Shown in pieces: positions 7,159 to 15,083 of a stretch of 23,028 nt of DNA. How positions within the stretch are numbered: position 1 is the first letter of the stretch; every line of letters starts with the position of its first letter. Origin of the DNA: Okeania sp. Lineage in GTDB: Bacteria; Cyanobacteriota; Cyanobacteriia; Cyanobacteriales; Microcoleaceae. The position numbers were made by a program, and so were the translations under genes. The notes below the pieces were generated by a model. That model had not been told where the DNA came from. It searched no databases and worked only from the letters and a program-made list of their open reading frames with translations. The DNA lies in assembly GCF_035285525.1 (NCBI RefSeq), contig NZ_JAYKGW010000218.1:1-23028 (forward strand), given 5' to 3'.

Positions 7159-7333
7159 TATGATATCTTCCGGATTTAATATCATCTAACTTTCCTACTT
7201 CCTCAATTTTCAGGACTTAGACAAAAGCACTATGTATAGAGTAAAAAAAACTATTGCACAATAGTTTTTGATACTATATATAGCCTCTCTGCTTAAATCC
7301 TAATTTTAATAATTTAAAATCAAAAAAATCGAC

Positions 7334-7990
7334 ATGGTATTAGCACCTTTACTTCCAATTTTACATCCAATATTAAAATTAACCTTTCCAAATTGTTTAT
7401 GGGAAGGAAACACAAAAAACTCAGAAATTACTCTGACATTTGATGATGGACCTCACCCAGAATACACACTTCAATTGTTAGAAATTTTAGATAAGTATCA
7501 GATTCAAGCCAACTTTTTTTTATTAGGTAAATGTGTAGAATATTATCCAGAAGTAACTAAAGTAATATATGAAAAAGGTCATAGGATTGGTTTGCATGGC
7601 TATGAACATATTTTATTTCCTAAACTAACTCCTATTCAACTTAAATCTAGTTTAGAAAAAACGAAAACTTTGATTCATAAAGCTTGTGGATTAGCAACAG
7701 AATTAATCTGTGATATTCGTCCTCCTTATGGTGTAGCAACACCTCAAACTCTAAAGTTATTAAACGAATGGGGATATAGAACTGTAATGTGGACTGTAGT
7801 ACCTGTAGATTGGGTGAGGCCAGGAATTTCCGTAGTTGTTAATCGAGTAGTTCAGCAAACCTCTAATGGCTCGATTATTGTCTTGCATGATGGATATGCT
7901 GGTGGTCAGGATGTCGCCAAAAGTGCTGCAGAAATAATTCCGATTTTACTAGAAAAAAATTACACTTTTATTACATTAGATAAAATGTAG
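7334..7990 (+). CDS. Polysaccharide deacetylase family protein (NodB homology domain)
   Basis: 218 aa. TLTFDDGPHPEYT (NodB motif 1, the DD metal/catalytic pair), GLHGYEH (His-His motif 2), RPPYG (motif 3), IVLHD (motif 5). Confidence 0.88.
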   Translation: MVLAPLLPILHPILKLTFPNCLWEGNTKNSEITLTFDDGPHPEYTLQLLEILDKYQIQANFFLLGKCVEYYPEVTKVIYEKGHRIGLHGYEHILFPKLTPIQLKSSLEKTKTLIHKACGLATELICDIRPPYGVATPQTLKLLNEWGYRTVMWTVVPVDWVRPGISVVVNRVVQQTSNGSIIVLHDGYAGGQDVAKSAAEIIPILLEKNYTFITLDKM

Positions 7991-8060
7991 CAAACAAAAC
8001 AGGGAATAGAGATTGAGAAGTAATATGTAGGGTTTGCCCTTTTTCAGTCTTTTTTAAGGA

Positions 8061-8092
8061 GTAGGGGAGTAGGGGAGTAGGGGAGTAGAGGA
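8061..8092. repeat. Octamer tandem array GTAGGGGA x3 plus GTAGAGGA
   Basis: Read directly. Same unit as at 6941-6980. Confidence 0.85.
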
Positions 8093-8155
8093 GAAACATT
8101 TTTGTAACCTACAACTATTGCACCATTTAAGGTTAAGGTGAAAGAATGCACTACT

Positions 8156-8299
8156 GGACTGTTTCATCTAAAAATGTGCAGAGCGATTTTCTCCCTTTTC
8201 TCCCTTTTCTCCCTTTTCTCCCTTTTCTCCCTTTTCTCCCTTTTCTCCCTTTTCTCCCTACAACCAAAAAGTAATGTACCATTTAAGATGAAACAGTCC
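8156..8299. repeat. Inverted-repeat-framed nonamer array. 14-bp perfect arms (8156-8169 GGACTGTTTCATCT / 8286-8299 AGATGAAACAGTCC) enclose TTTTCTCCC x8 (8187-8258).
   Basis: The arms are exact reverse complements. There are eight perfect 9-mers. The flanking direct repeat CCTACAAC..ACCATTTAAG occurs at about 8108-8132 and 8257-8287. Confidence 0.85.
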
Positions 8300-8716
8300 A
8301 CTACTGTTTCCCACACTTAACACACTCTGAACCCCCGAGGGTCAGGGAAATACCCAGGATTCGTCTACTTCAGAAATCAGGAATAGGCTGTAAATCTTAC
8401 TACATATAGCAATCTGCGCACTTAATATTTAGAAATTGCCGGAGCTGTCCAATAGCTAAAAGCCTTATATTATCGGCGATTCATTCTCCCTGTTCCCACC
8501 TTCTGTGTTCCCTGTTCCCTGCGCGCAGCGCTATATTTTTAATATTTCTAATAGTTGAATCCTTACGAAATTATCAATATATTTTCCCCTATTTTCTTAC
8601 AAAAAGGGAACTAAATTGAACTTTATACGTCTTATTTGGTCAAAGCCTAATAAAGAGGCTAAAATTAAGAAATTGTCAATCGGTAGTCAAAGATTTCCTC
8701 TCGTGGTAGTCTTTGG

Positions 8717-8903
8717 ATAAGCATTCAGCTATTAGGTGTTAGCTCTCACTTTAACAGCAAATAAGTATAGACTTTAAAGTTAGGAGAACCAGCTTTTGTA
8801 GTCAAATTTAATTCTTGTAATTAAAGCTTTCGTCTAAGCCAAAAGTAGTATTTTTTTGGTTGTGCAATATGAAAAATGTAATTCTTGAAAGCTAAATGCT
8901 TAT
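8717..8903. mobile_element. MITE-like element (~187 bp) with terminal inverted repeats ATAAGCATTCAGCT / AGCTAAATGCTTAT, about 40 bp upstream of the SLH-WD40 gene
   Basis: The TIRs match 13/14. The same TIR family occurs at 18533-18741 and, more diverged, at 19392-19545. No ORF. Confidence 0.55.
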
Positions 8904-8945
8904 ATCTTCAAGTATTGTCAAATAACAATTTTCGAGATAGGAATA

Positions 8946-11789
8946 TTGATGATGAAAATTTATAAACTGCATTCCATACTTGCCTTAGTCATAACATTAA
9001 GTAGCATAATTACTCCTGAATTATTTTACCGAAAAAATATCAGAGCAGCACTTGCAGAAACAACCTTGGAAGACAATATTGAAAATAATTTTGCTCAAGC
9101 TTGTATTAATAGTTTACTAGAGAAAAACATAGTATTTAGAGAGAAAGAAAATCAAACTTTTCTTTCTAATTCTCCTGTAACGAGAGCCGAATTTGCGACA
9201 ATAATAACTAAGGCTTTTCCAGATACAAAACCTGTGCGAGATTCGATAAAATTTGTAGACATTCCTCAAGACTATTGGGCTTATAATAATATTCAAAAAT
9301 CTTATGAAATGGGTTTTATTTCGGCATATATTGGCAAAACTTTTAACCCAACTTTCAAGATAAAGCGTTGGCAAGCCTTAGTTGCTATAAGTAGAGGATT
9401 AAAATATCGAGCAAGTGCATCTTCAGAAGAGAATTTAAACAAAATTTTTGAGGATGCAGAAGCAATTCCTAAAGGTCAAGATATCAGAAAAGCTATTGCA
9501 GCAGCCACAGAAAAAGGTATTGTTGTTAATTACCCAAATGTTAGGAAGCTTAATCCTAATCAAGATGCTACTCAATTAGATGTAGCTACTTTTATCTGCC
9601 AAGCTATTGCTAATAATGAAAAAAATAATGGTGAAATAATTGCTAAAGTTCCTTCAGAATATATTGCTGATTTTTCCAAAGATTCTCAATTAAGAAGCAA
9701 TGTTAATTTACCGCAAAAAACTACAGAAACAAACAAAAATAGAGAGAATGCTAATTTAGAAAATTCCGAACCAACTTCTCCAGAAAATACAAATTCCCAA
9801 AGCACTACGGAAGCAGCAAAAACCCAAGAACATAATCACTCAGAAAATCCCAAATCAACTTCTACAGAAAATACAAATAATCCAACTGGAATAGTAGAAA
9901 AATTTAGTAATGGTGATTTACAAGTAGAAATTATTTACAAAGTAGCAGATAATATAAATTTAGTCAGTGATTTACGCCTGAAAATTATCAGAGGAGGAAA
10001 AATTATTTTCCATGAAGCAGTACCAATTCAATCTTTAGCAGGTGAGTCTGATAGTAAAACGGAAGTATTAGTAGGTAGATTTGTTAAAGTACAATTACTA
10101 GATTTAGATGGCAATGGAGAATCAGAAATATTAGTAGATTTATTTACCATAAATAATAGTGATGTTGAATTTTCCGGGGGTAGTTATTCCTTAATTTATG
10201 CTTATCAACCTACAGAAAATAAATATAAAATGCTACCCCATTACTGGGGAAATGTTAACTATCGACTCACAGATTTAGATAATGATAATTTGCCAGAATT
10301 TCAAACTTTTGATAGCAGATTTAATAATGTATTTTCTGAGATAAATGATTCAGTATTACCCATCCGTATCTGGCAGTATCGTGGAGGTAAAATATCAGAT
10401 GTAACCAAGAAATATCCAGAACAAATAAATACTAATGCTTCAGAAAATTGGTTAGAATTTTACAACCGTTCCAAGCAAAATAAAAATGTTAAAGGAGTTT
10501 TGGCTGCTTACTTGGCAAATAAATATATGTTAGGAGAAAAAGAAGAAGGTTGGAAATTAGTAGAAAAAGTATATAAAGGTAGCGATCGCACAGAATATTT
10601 TACCAGTTTGCGTCAATTTTTAATAGACAAAGGTTATGATACAAATCAAGAAACTACGGCTAGTACAATTGTACCTGAAAATTCAGCTACAGAGAATCAA
10701 GAAACTGTTTCTTCTCCTACTAATGAAACCTCACTTCAACTAACAACAGAAAAGACAGAAAATGAAAATACGAAAACAGAAACAACCGAAGTACCTGAGA
10801 CTTCATCCCCAACTCCAATCACAGCATCACCAGAAACCGTGACTCCCGAACCAGAAAAATCTGAAACACAGTCAGATATTAGTGACAAACTGGTGCTGGC
10901 ACCAAAATTAGTTAGTTCCCTCTCTAATGAGCAACCAGAATCTGCTTTCCCCGCAGCAATTAGTTTTAATGGCAAAATATTAGCTAGTACCAGTGGCAAA
11001 GATATTCAATTATGGGATTTAAAAAGTAGCAAGTTGCTACATACTTTGTCCAGTCATACTGCTAATGTGCGTTCAGTAGCAATTAGTCCAGATGGCAAGA
11101 TTCTAGCAAGTGGAAGCGGTGATGGTACAGTCAGACTGTGGGATATTTCTAGAGGAAAAATAATCACCAGTTTTTGGCATTCTGGGGTAGTAACTGCTGT
11201 CGGTTTCACTGCTGATGGTAAAGCAGTAATAGGATCGAGTTTTGACCGGGGCATGAAATTGTGGGATGTAAGCACAAAGCGACTACTACATACCATGACT
11301 GGTACTCAACCTATTGCTTTTGGTGCTGAAGGTCTCCGGATGGCAGCAAGTGGCGGACCGAGATATATTCGACTCTGGAATTTTGCTCAGGGTCAACTAT
11401 TGAAAAATCTGCCTGTACCCAATACTAACAAAAATCGCGGAATACAGGCGATCGCTTTCAGTCAGGATGGAGAAACTATTGCTCATGTAATGCGGGGAGA
11501 AAACCAGATTTCAGTTTGGGATGTGGAAACTTGGAAAGTCCGTTACACTCTAGAAAAACATTCTCAAGCAATTAAAGCGATCGCCCTTGCTCCAAATGGA
11601 AAAATTCTGGCTAGTAGCAGTGAGGATGGTAAGATTAATTTGTGGGATATTGACAGTGGAAAATTGTTGCGCAGTATCGAAGGTGATGGTGCAATTGTAT
11701 TTAGTCCTGATAGTCAGCAACTTGTTAGTGTAGCAGAGAATGATAAGATTCAGATCTGGCAAATTTACCAGTCAGCGAGCGAGCAATAA
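8946..11789 (+). CDS. Exported SLH-domain protein with a central unknown (FG-GAP/Ca-loop-like) region and a C-terminal seven-blade WD40 beta-propeller
   Basis: 947 aa. The TTG at 8946 may not be the true start; ATG at 8949 or 8952 is more likely. Hydrophobic signal-like N-terminus (ILALVITLSSIITP...AALAE). Three SLH-like segments (e.g. FVDIPQDYWAYNNIQKSYEMGFISAY..FNP). T/E/N/S/P-rich linkers. DLDGNGESE and DLDNDNLPE loops. Seven WD repeats ending QLWD, RLWD, KLWD, RLWN, SVWD, NLWD, QIWQ. Three HIP1 sites. Confidence 0.88.
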   Translation: MMMKIYKLHSILALVITLSSIITPELFYRKNIRAALAETTLEDNIENNFAQACINSLLEKNIVFREKENQTFLSNSPVTRAEFATIITKAFPDTKPVRDSIKFVDIPQDYWAYNNIQKSYEMGFISAYIGKTFNPTFKIKRWQALVAISRGLKYRASASSEENLNKIFEDAEAIPKGQDIRKAIAAATEKGIVVNYPNVRKLNPNQDATQLDVATFICQAIANNEKNNGEIIAKVPSEYIADFSKDSQLRSNVNLPQKTTETNKNRENANLENSEPTSPENTNSQSTTEAAKTQEHNHSENPKSTSTENTNNPTGIVEKFSNGDLQVEIIYKVADNINLVSDLRLKIIRGGKIIFHEAVPIQSLAGESDSKTEVLVGRFVKVQLLDLDGNGESEILVDLFTINNSDVEFSGGSYSLIYAYQPTENKYKMLPHYWGNVNYRLTDLDNDNLPEFQTFDSRFNNVFSEINDSVLPIRIWQYRGGKISDVTKKYPEQINTNASENWLEFYNRSKQNKNVKGVLAAYLANKYMLGEKEEGWKLVEKVYKGSDRTEYFTSLRQFLIDKGYDTNQETTASTIVPENSATENQETVSSPTNETSLQLTTEKTENENTKTETTEVPETSSPTPITASPETVTPEPEKSETQSDISDKLVLAPKLVSSLSNEQPESAFPAAISFNGKILASTSGKDIQLWDLKSSKLLHTLSSHTANVRSVAISPDGKILASGSGDGTVRLWDISRGKIITSFWHSGVVTAVGFTADGKAVIGSSFDRGMKLWDVSTKRLLHTMTGTQPIAFGAEGLRMAASGGPRYIRLWNFAQGQLLKNLPVPNTNKNRGIQAIAFSQDGETIAHVMRGENQISVWDVETWKVRYTLEKHSQAIKAIALAPNGKILASSSEDGKINLWDIDSGKLLRSIEGDGAIVFSPDSQQLVSVAENDKIQIWQIYQSASEQ

Positions 11790-11846
11790 GTCATTTCAAT
11801 TATCGGTTGGATACAGCACTTTCTTTTGTTATAAGGTAGACAGTTA

Positions 11847-11876
11847 GCGGGCAAAATGCCCGCACTACAATATTTT
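11847..11876 (+). terminator. Possible intrinsic terminator or dispersed GC hairpin after the SLH-WD40 gene
   Basis: GCGGGCA-AAA-TGCCCGC forms a 7-bp GC-rich stem 58 nt after the stop. The T5 run only starts 9 nt after the stem, so this is not a canonical terminator. Confidence 0.4.
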
Positions 11877-11960
11877 TATCATTTCCTAAAAAAGTGAGTA
11901 TTTTGGGGTAACTATGGGAGAAAGATTACTGTAAACTGATAATAACTGATAACTGAAAAG

Positions 11961-12535
11961 AGGTCAGCATTTGAGTTATGTCCTTCTGTATTTATGTTAG
12001 GACTTACACGGGAGGAACCCGGTTTCTACGATAAATCCTTGTTTTAAGCAGTAATAATCTACCCTCGTACCGGGTTTCTGGGTTCATCTGCGTAAGTCCT
12101 GTATATTAGGAACTAATGGCAAAATTTCTACAGAAAAATACTTTGTTTTCTACAATAACTTAACATCTCCAGATAGTTCTATTAAACATTCAGGAGATAG
12201 TAGAACTGGAGAAGGTTCAGGAGATGATAAACTGATAGAAATAGATTTAAAAAAAGTAGACCAAACTATTCAATAAATTGTTTTTGTAGTAACTATCCAG
12301 AAAGCAGATGCCAGAAGACAAAACTTGGAATAGGTCAGAAGTTATTTTATAATAATCCATCATATTACCATAGAAGAAGAAGTAACTAAATATGAATTAG
12401 AAGAAGATTTTTTCGAGAGAAACTGCCCCAGAATTTGGCATACTTTATCGTAAAGATAACGATTGGAGATTTCCAGCAGTGGGACAAAGTTATAATTATG
12501 GTTGACAAGGCTTTGTTAATAAATATGCTTCTTAA
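11961..12535 (+). pseudogene. TerD-family (tellurium-resistance/stress TerD domain) pseudogene
   Basis: The conceptual translation reads SAFELCPSVFMLG | TNGKISTEKYFVFYNNLTSPDSSIKHSGDSRTGEGSGDDKLIEIDLKKVDQTIQ*IVFVVTIQKADARRQNLE*VRSYF...YELEEDFF / SRETAPEFGILYRKDNDWRFPAVGQSYNYG*QGFVNKYAS*, matching the TerD consensus (F.FYNN..S.DGS..HSGDN.TGEG.GDDE.I...L..V....IVF.V.I......QNFGQV.NA). Lesions: an element insertion at about 12003-12111, in-frame TAA 12274-12276, TAG 12331-12333, a +1 frameshift in the T6 run 12408-12413, and TGA 12503-12505. The N-terminal ~45 codons are missing or replaced by CTGATAA-type heptamers (11934-11958). Confidence 0.8.
11999..12100. mobile_element. ~100-bp palindromic-ended MITE-like element (AGGACTTAC...GTAAGTCCT) inserted in the TerD pseudogene
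   Basis: The 9-bp termini are perfect reverse complements. Inner inverted and direct GAACCC/GGGTTC and CCGGTTTCT/CCGGGTTTCT blocks are present. Deleting 12003-12111 (109 nt) rejoins ...SVFMLG to TNGKIS... in frame. TTAGGA is duplicated at both junctions. Confidence 0.7.
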
Positions 12536-12970
12536 ATCGTAAAGAAAATTAGGTAGTAGTAGCCTATAAGTTTTTCTTAAGTATTGACGAGATAGTTTTA
12601 GTTAGTGTAGAGTTAGGTGCTACTAAAAAACGAGAGTAGCATTGTCCCAAGTGTACAATTATAGTATAGCTGAATTGGCCGTCAATATCCTAGAGTTCGG
12701 CAACATCTGTCTATAAATTTCAGAATACTCTATACTCAAGAAACAAGACAGTAAAATAATTATCTGTCATAAATATAAACTAGGTTCAATAAGCTAGACA
12801 AATATTAGTTTTATGAGAAAATAAAGTATCTTCCTTTCTGAAATTTCCTAACTCTAGGAAACTAATATAGGTAACTTTAATCATGAATTTCAGTGCAAAT
12901 ACTTTGAAGATTACTACTGAAATAATTCCCAATTTAGCAATTTTTTGTTAATACAATCAAAGGAAAAAAA

Positions 12971-13731
12971 ATGAGAGAACTTAATTTTGAAGTCCGAATC
13001 CCAGAAGAGGTTAAAACTTAGTCATCCAAGAAGAATTTTTCTATTTAAAGCAAAATGGAGTAGAAGAAAAAGTAAAATTACATGACTATTCAAAAGTTTA
13101 CGGAGTTCCATATCTGTATGAACATCTGTATGAAATTCTACAAGAAAAATCTCACACTTTCTTGTCTTCCTTGCTGAAAGAAAAAGTTACTGAAGCAGGT
13201 GGAAATATAGAAGATTTAGTAGTCCTAGAAATTGGTGCAGGTAGTGGAATGGTAGGTAAAGCTCTAGCAGATTTGGGAGTGAAATCAATTGTGGGGATTG
13301 ATATTGTCCCTGAAGCGAAAGAAGTAGCAGAAAGAGAGTATCCAGGAGTTTACGAGAATTATTACATTGAAAACTTGATTGATTTAAGTGAAACAACACA
13401 GGAGGCTTTAGCTAACAGAGGTTTTAACTGTATAGTTTGTGTTTCTGCTCTTGGGTTTAACCATATTCCAGCTCAAGCTTGGGCGAAAGCATTTAACATG
13501 ATCGCCCCCAATAGTTTGGTTGCCTTTAATGTACAAAAAGAACGCTGGGAAGACAACAGCGAAAATTCCTTCTTAGCATGGCATCCTTGGGTAGGTGAAA
13601 AGAATATTTTTGAGATTACTGAGACCCATGAATATCAACATCGAATTTATATGGATGGACGGCCTCTTTACTATATAGCTATCATTGGTAAAAAACAGAC
13701 AAGGAACAAATCTACAGAAATTGGATTTTGA
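12971..13731 (+). pseudogene. Class I SAM-dependent methyltransferase, N-terminus frameshifted. The longest intact ORF is 13162-13731.
   Basis: ATG at 12971 with AGGA upstream gives MRELNFEVRIPEEVKT*. The -1 frame is open from 13015 and continues LVIQEEFFYLKQNGVEEKVKLHDYSKVYGVPYLYEHLY...VVLEIGAGSGMVGKAL (SAM motif I)...IVGIDI (motif II). The two frames can only be joined within 13015-13018, next to an A4 run. This is either a real 1-nt deletion or a homopolymer sequencing error. Confidence 0.6.
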
Positions 13732-13735
13732 GATC

Positions 13736-13947
13736 GAACTACCAGAAATTGAAAGTATTCCCAATTTACCCATGCATGAAGAATACTTTTGATTTAAGCA
13801 AATGGGTTTCGACAGCAGCACTCTTGGGTAGAAAATCCAGGAATTTTTGAAATTGTGCAGATGCACCCCTACCGACACCGATATTATACGGACGGACGAC
13901 CTCTAGAATATTTGGCTATTATTGGTCGTAAGCGGTCTAGTTTCTAG
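13736..13947 (+). pseudogene. Remnant of a tandem paralogue of the upstream methyltransferase. N-terminal ~30 codons are fused to C-terminal ~45 codons by an internal deletion.
   Basis: ELPEIESIPNLPMHEEYF*FKQMGFD parallels ELNFEVRIPEEVK..QEEFFYLKQNGVE. WVENPGIFEIVQMHPYRHRYYTDGRPLEYLAIIGRK parallels WVGEKNIFEITETHEYQHRIYMDGRPLYYIAIIGKK of the neighbour. The two pieces are in different frames and contain stops. Confidence 0.65.
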
Positions 13948-14021
13948 AAAACTAGCTCTCATAAAGTCTCGGTCTCAGTTGGTTCTGACCGAGAGTTAGA
14001 TTAAAATTGGCTCTGGGTTTA

Positions 14022-14856
14022 CTATTTCCTAAAATGTAAAAACCCCCATTTGATTATTTCTTGATTGCCACCTCGAATCCATGAATTTAAACGATGGTTC
14101 ATTTTGTCAAAAAACTCCTGAGTCCAGGAATGTTGCTCTCCAGCTTGTATTTCTTTTATTTTGGCAAGTAATCGCGAATAATTGATCGCTATATTCTCAG
14201 ACAAATCGAGTATCTGCACTTCTGACAATCCCACTTTACTAGCGAAATCTATGTAAGTTTGCATCGGATAGAATTGAGTTATTGCCGAATAAAAATCTTT
14301 TAATTGTCGCTTCTCTTCAGAAATATTGTCATTATCCATAACGACAGAAAAAATAAATTGACCCCCATCAACCAGAGTTCTCTCGACTTCTTGAAAAACT
14401 CGAATCAGATTCTTAGTGTGAAAAATTAATTGCATCCTGAGACCAAACAATATCAAAAGATGAATTTGGAAATGGTAAGTCCTCGAAACTTCCTTCATAA
14501 ACATCAATCAAGCTTGATAATTTTTGCTGTTCGTTACGCTCTTGGTTCACTAAATTTTGTTTTTTACTGATGTTTAAGCAAGTTACATGACATCCATATT
14601 TTTTGGCTAAAAATCTGGCTGTTCCACCGTAACCAGACCCAATGTCTAATACCCGGTATTTACTATTTATTTCTACTAGAGATGCCATTGATTTTACTGT
14701 TCGTTCTTTAGCTATTTCCAAGGGTTATTTTTCATCTTCAAATAAACCCATATGGACGTGTTCTCCACCAGAAACTTTTTGGTAGAATAAATCTGTATCA
14801 TCCAAATCGTAATAATCTTGATTTAATTGAGCTAGTTCTGAATACTTTACAGTCAT
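14022..14856 (-). pseudogene. Class I SAM methyltransferase pseudogene resembling sarcosine/dimethylglycine N-methyltransferase (glycine-betaine synthesis type)
   Basis: Reading from ATG 14856 gives MTVKYSELAQLNQDYYDLDDTDLFYQKVSGGEHVHMGLFEDEK*PLEIAKERTV...YRVLDIGSGYGGTARFLAKKYGCHVTCLNIS...FEDLPFPNSSFDIVWSQDAI, then a frameshift (A5 run on the plus strand, 14421-14425), then FHTKNLIRVFQEVERTLVDGGQFIF...NSWIRGGNQEIIKWGFLHFRK. In-frame TAA at 14725-14727. The two track ORFs (14413-14721 and 14022-14507) are halves of one gene. Confidence 0.7.
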
Positions 14857-15045
14857 TTGTTAAAGAACTCCAAACTAATTTTTATTTAGTTTATATGTTT
14901 TGTTTTCTATTGTCAAATGTTTCTATAAAAACAATTTTTATTAAAATAAAATTTGACAAAATAACAGGATTATGTAAACACGATTAAACAGATATTTTTG
15001 AAGTTCAAATGTATTCAAATCGGTTAAAATTAAAATACTCCTACG

Positions 15046-15083
15046 ATAACTGATAACTAATAACTGCAAAAGCTGATAACTGA
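15046..15083. repeat. Degenerate heptamer array GATAACT/AATAACT, abutting the stop codon of the DUF3352-like gene
   Basis: GATAACTGATAACTAATAACTGCAAAAGCTGATAACTGA read directly. It ends 1 nt before the CTA (TAG on the minus strand) stop at 15084-15086. Confidence 0.8.

Noticed and set aside
7243-7270. AT-only palindrome AAAAACTATTGCACAATAGTTTTT about 65 nt upstream of the deacetylase gene, considered as a bidirectional terminator or operator
   Set aside because: The stem is entirely A/T apart from the centre. It lies 420 nt from the nearest upstream gene end and matches no binding-site consensus I know (it is not an NtcA GTA-N8-TAC site). Support is too weak to call.
8138-8320. 60-aa ORF with FSLFSLFSL... 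repeats
   Set aside because: It is simply the translation of the TTTTCTCCC x8 array. A 9-bp period keeps the frame open, and the ORF lies inside an inverted-repeat element with no RBS.
9117-11762. Minus-strand ORFs 9117-9374, 10736-10999, 11054-11296 and 11550-11762
   Set aside because: All are antisense within the SLH-WD40 gene and have low-complexity or arbitrary sequence.
13010-13021. Programmed -1 ribosomal frameshift joining 12971 ORF to the 13162 ORF
   Set aside because: There is no X-XXY-YYZ slippery heptamer in the 0 frame (GTT AAA ACT TAG) and I saw no downstream stimulatory structure. A 1-nt deletion or a homopolymer sequencing error is more parsimonious.
13187-13878. Minus-strand ORFs 13187-13399 and 13573-13878
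   Set aside because: They are antisense to the methyltransferase and its remnant paralogue, and no motifs are present.
14413-14721. Two separate small methyltransferase genes (14413-14721 and 14022-14507)
   Set aside because: They overlap by 95 nt in different frames and together reconstruct one class I methyltransferase with upstream sequence to 14856. I therefore treated them as a single frameshifted pseudogene.
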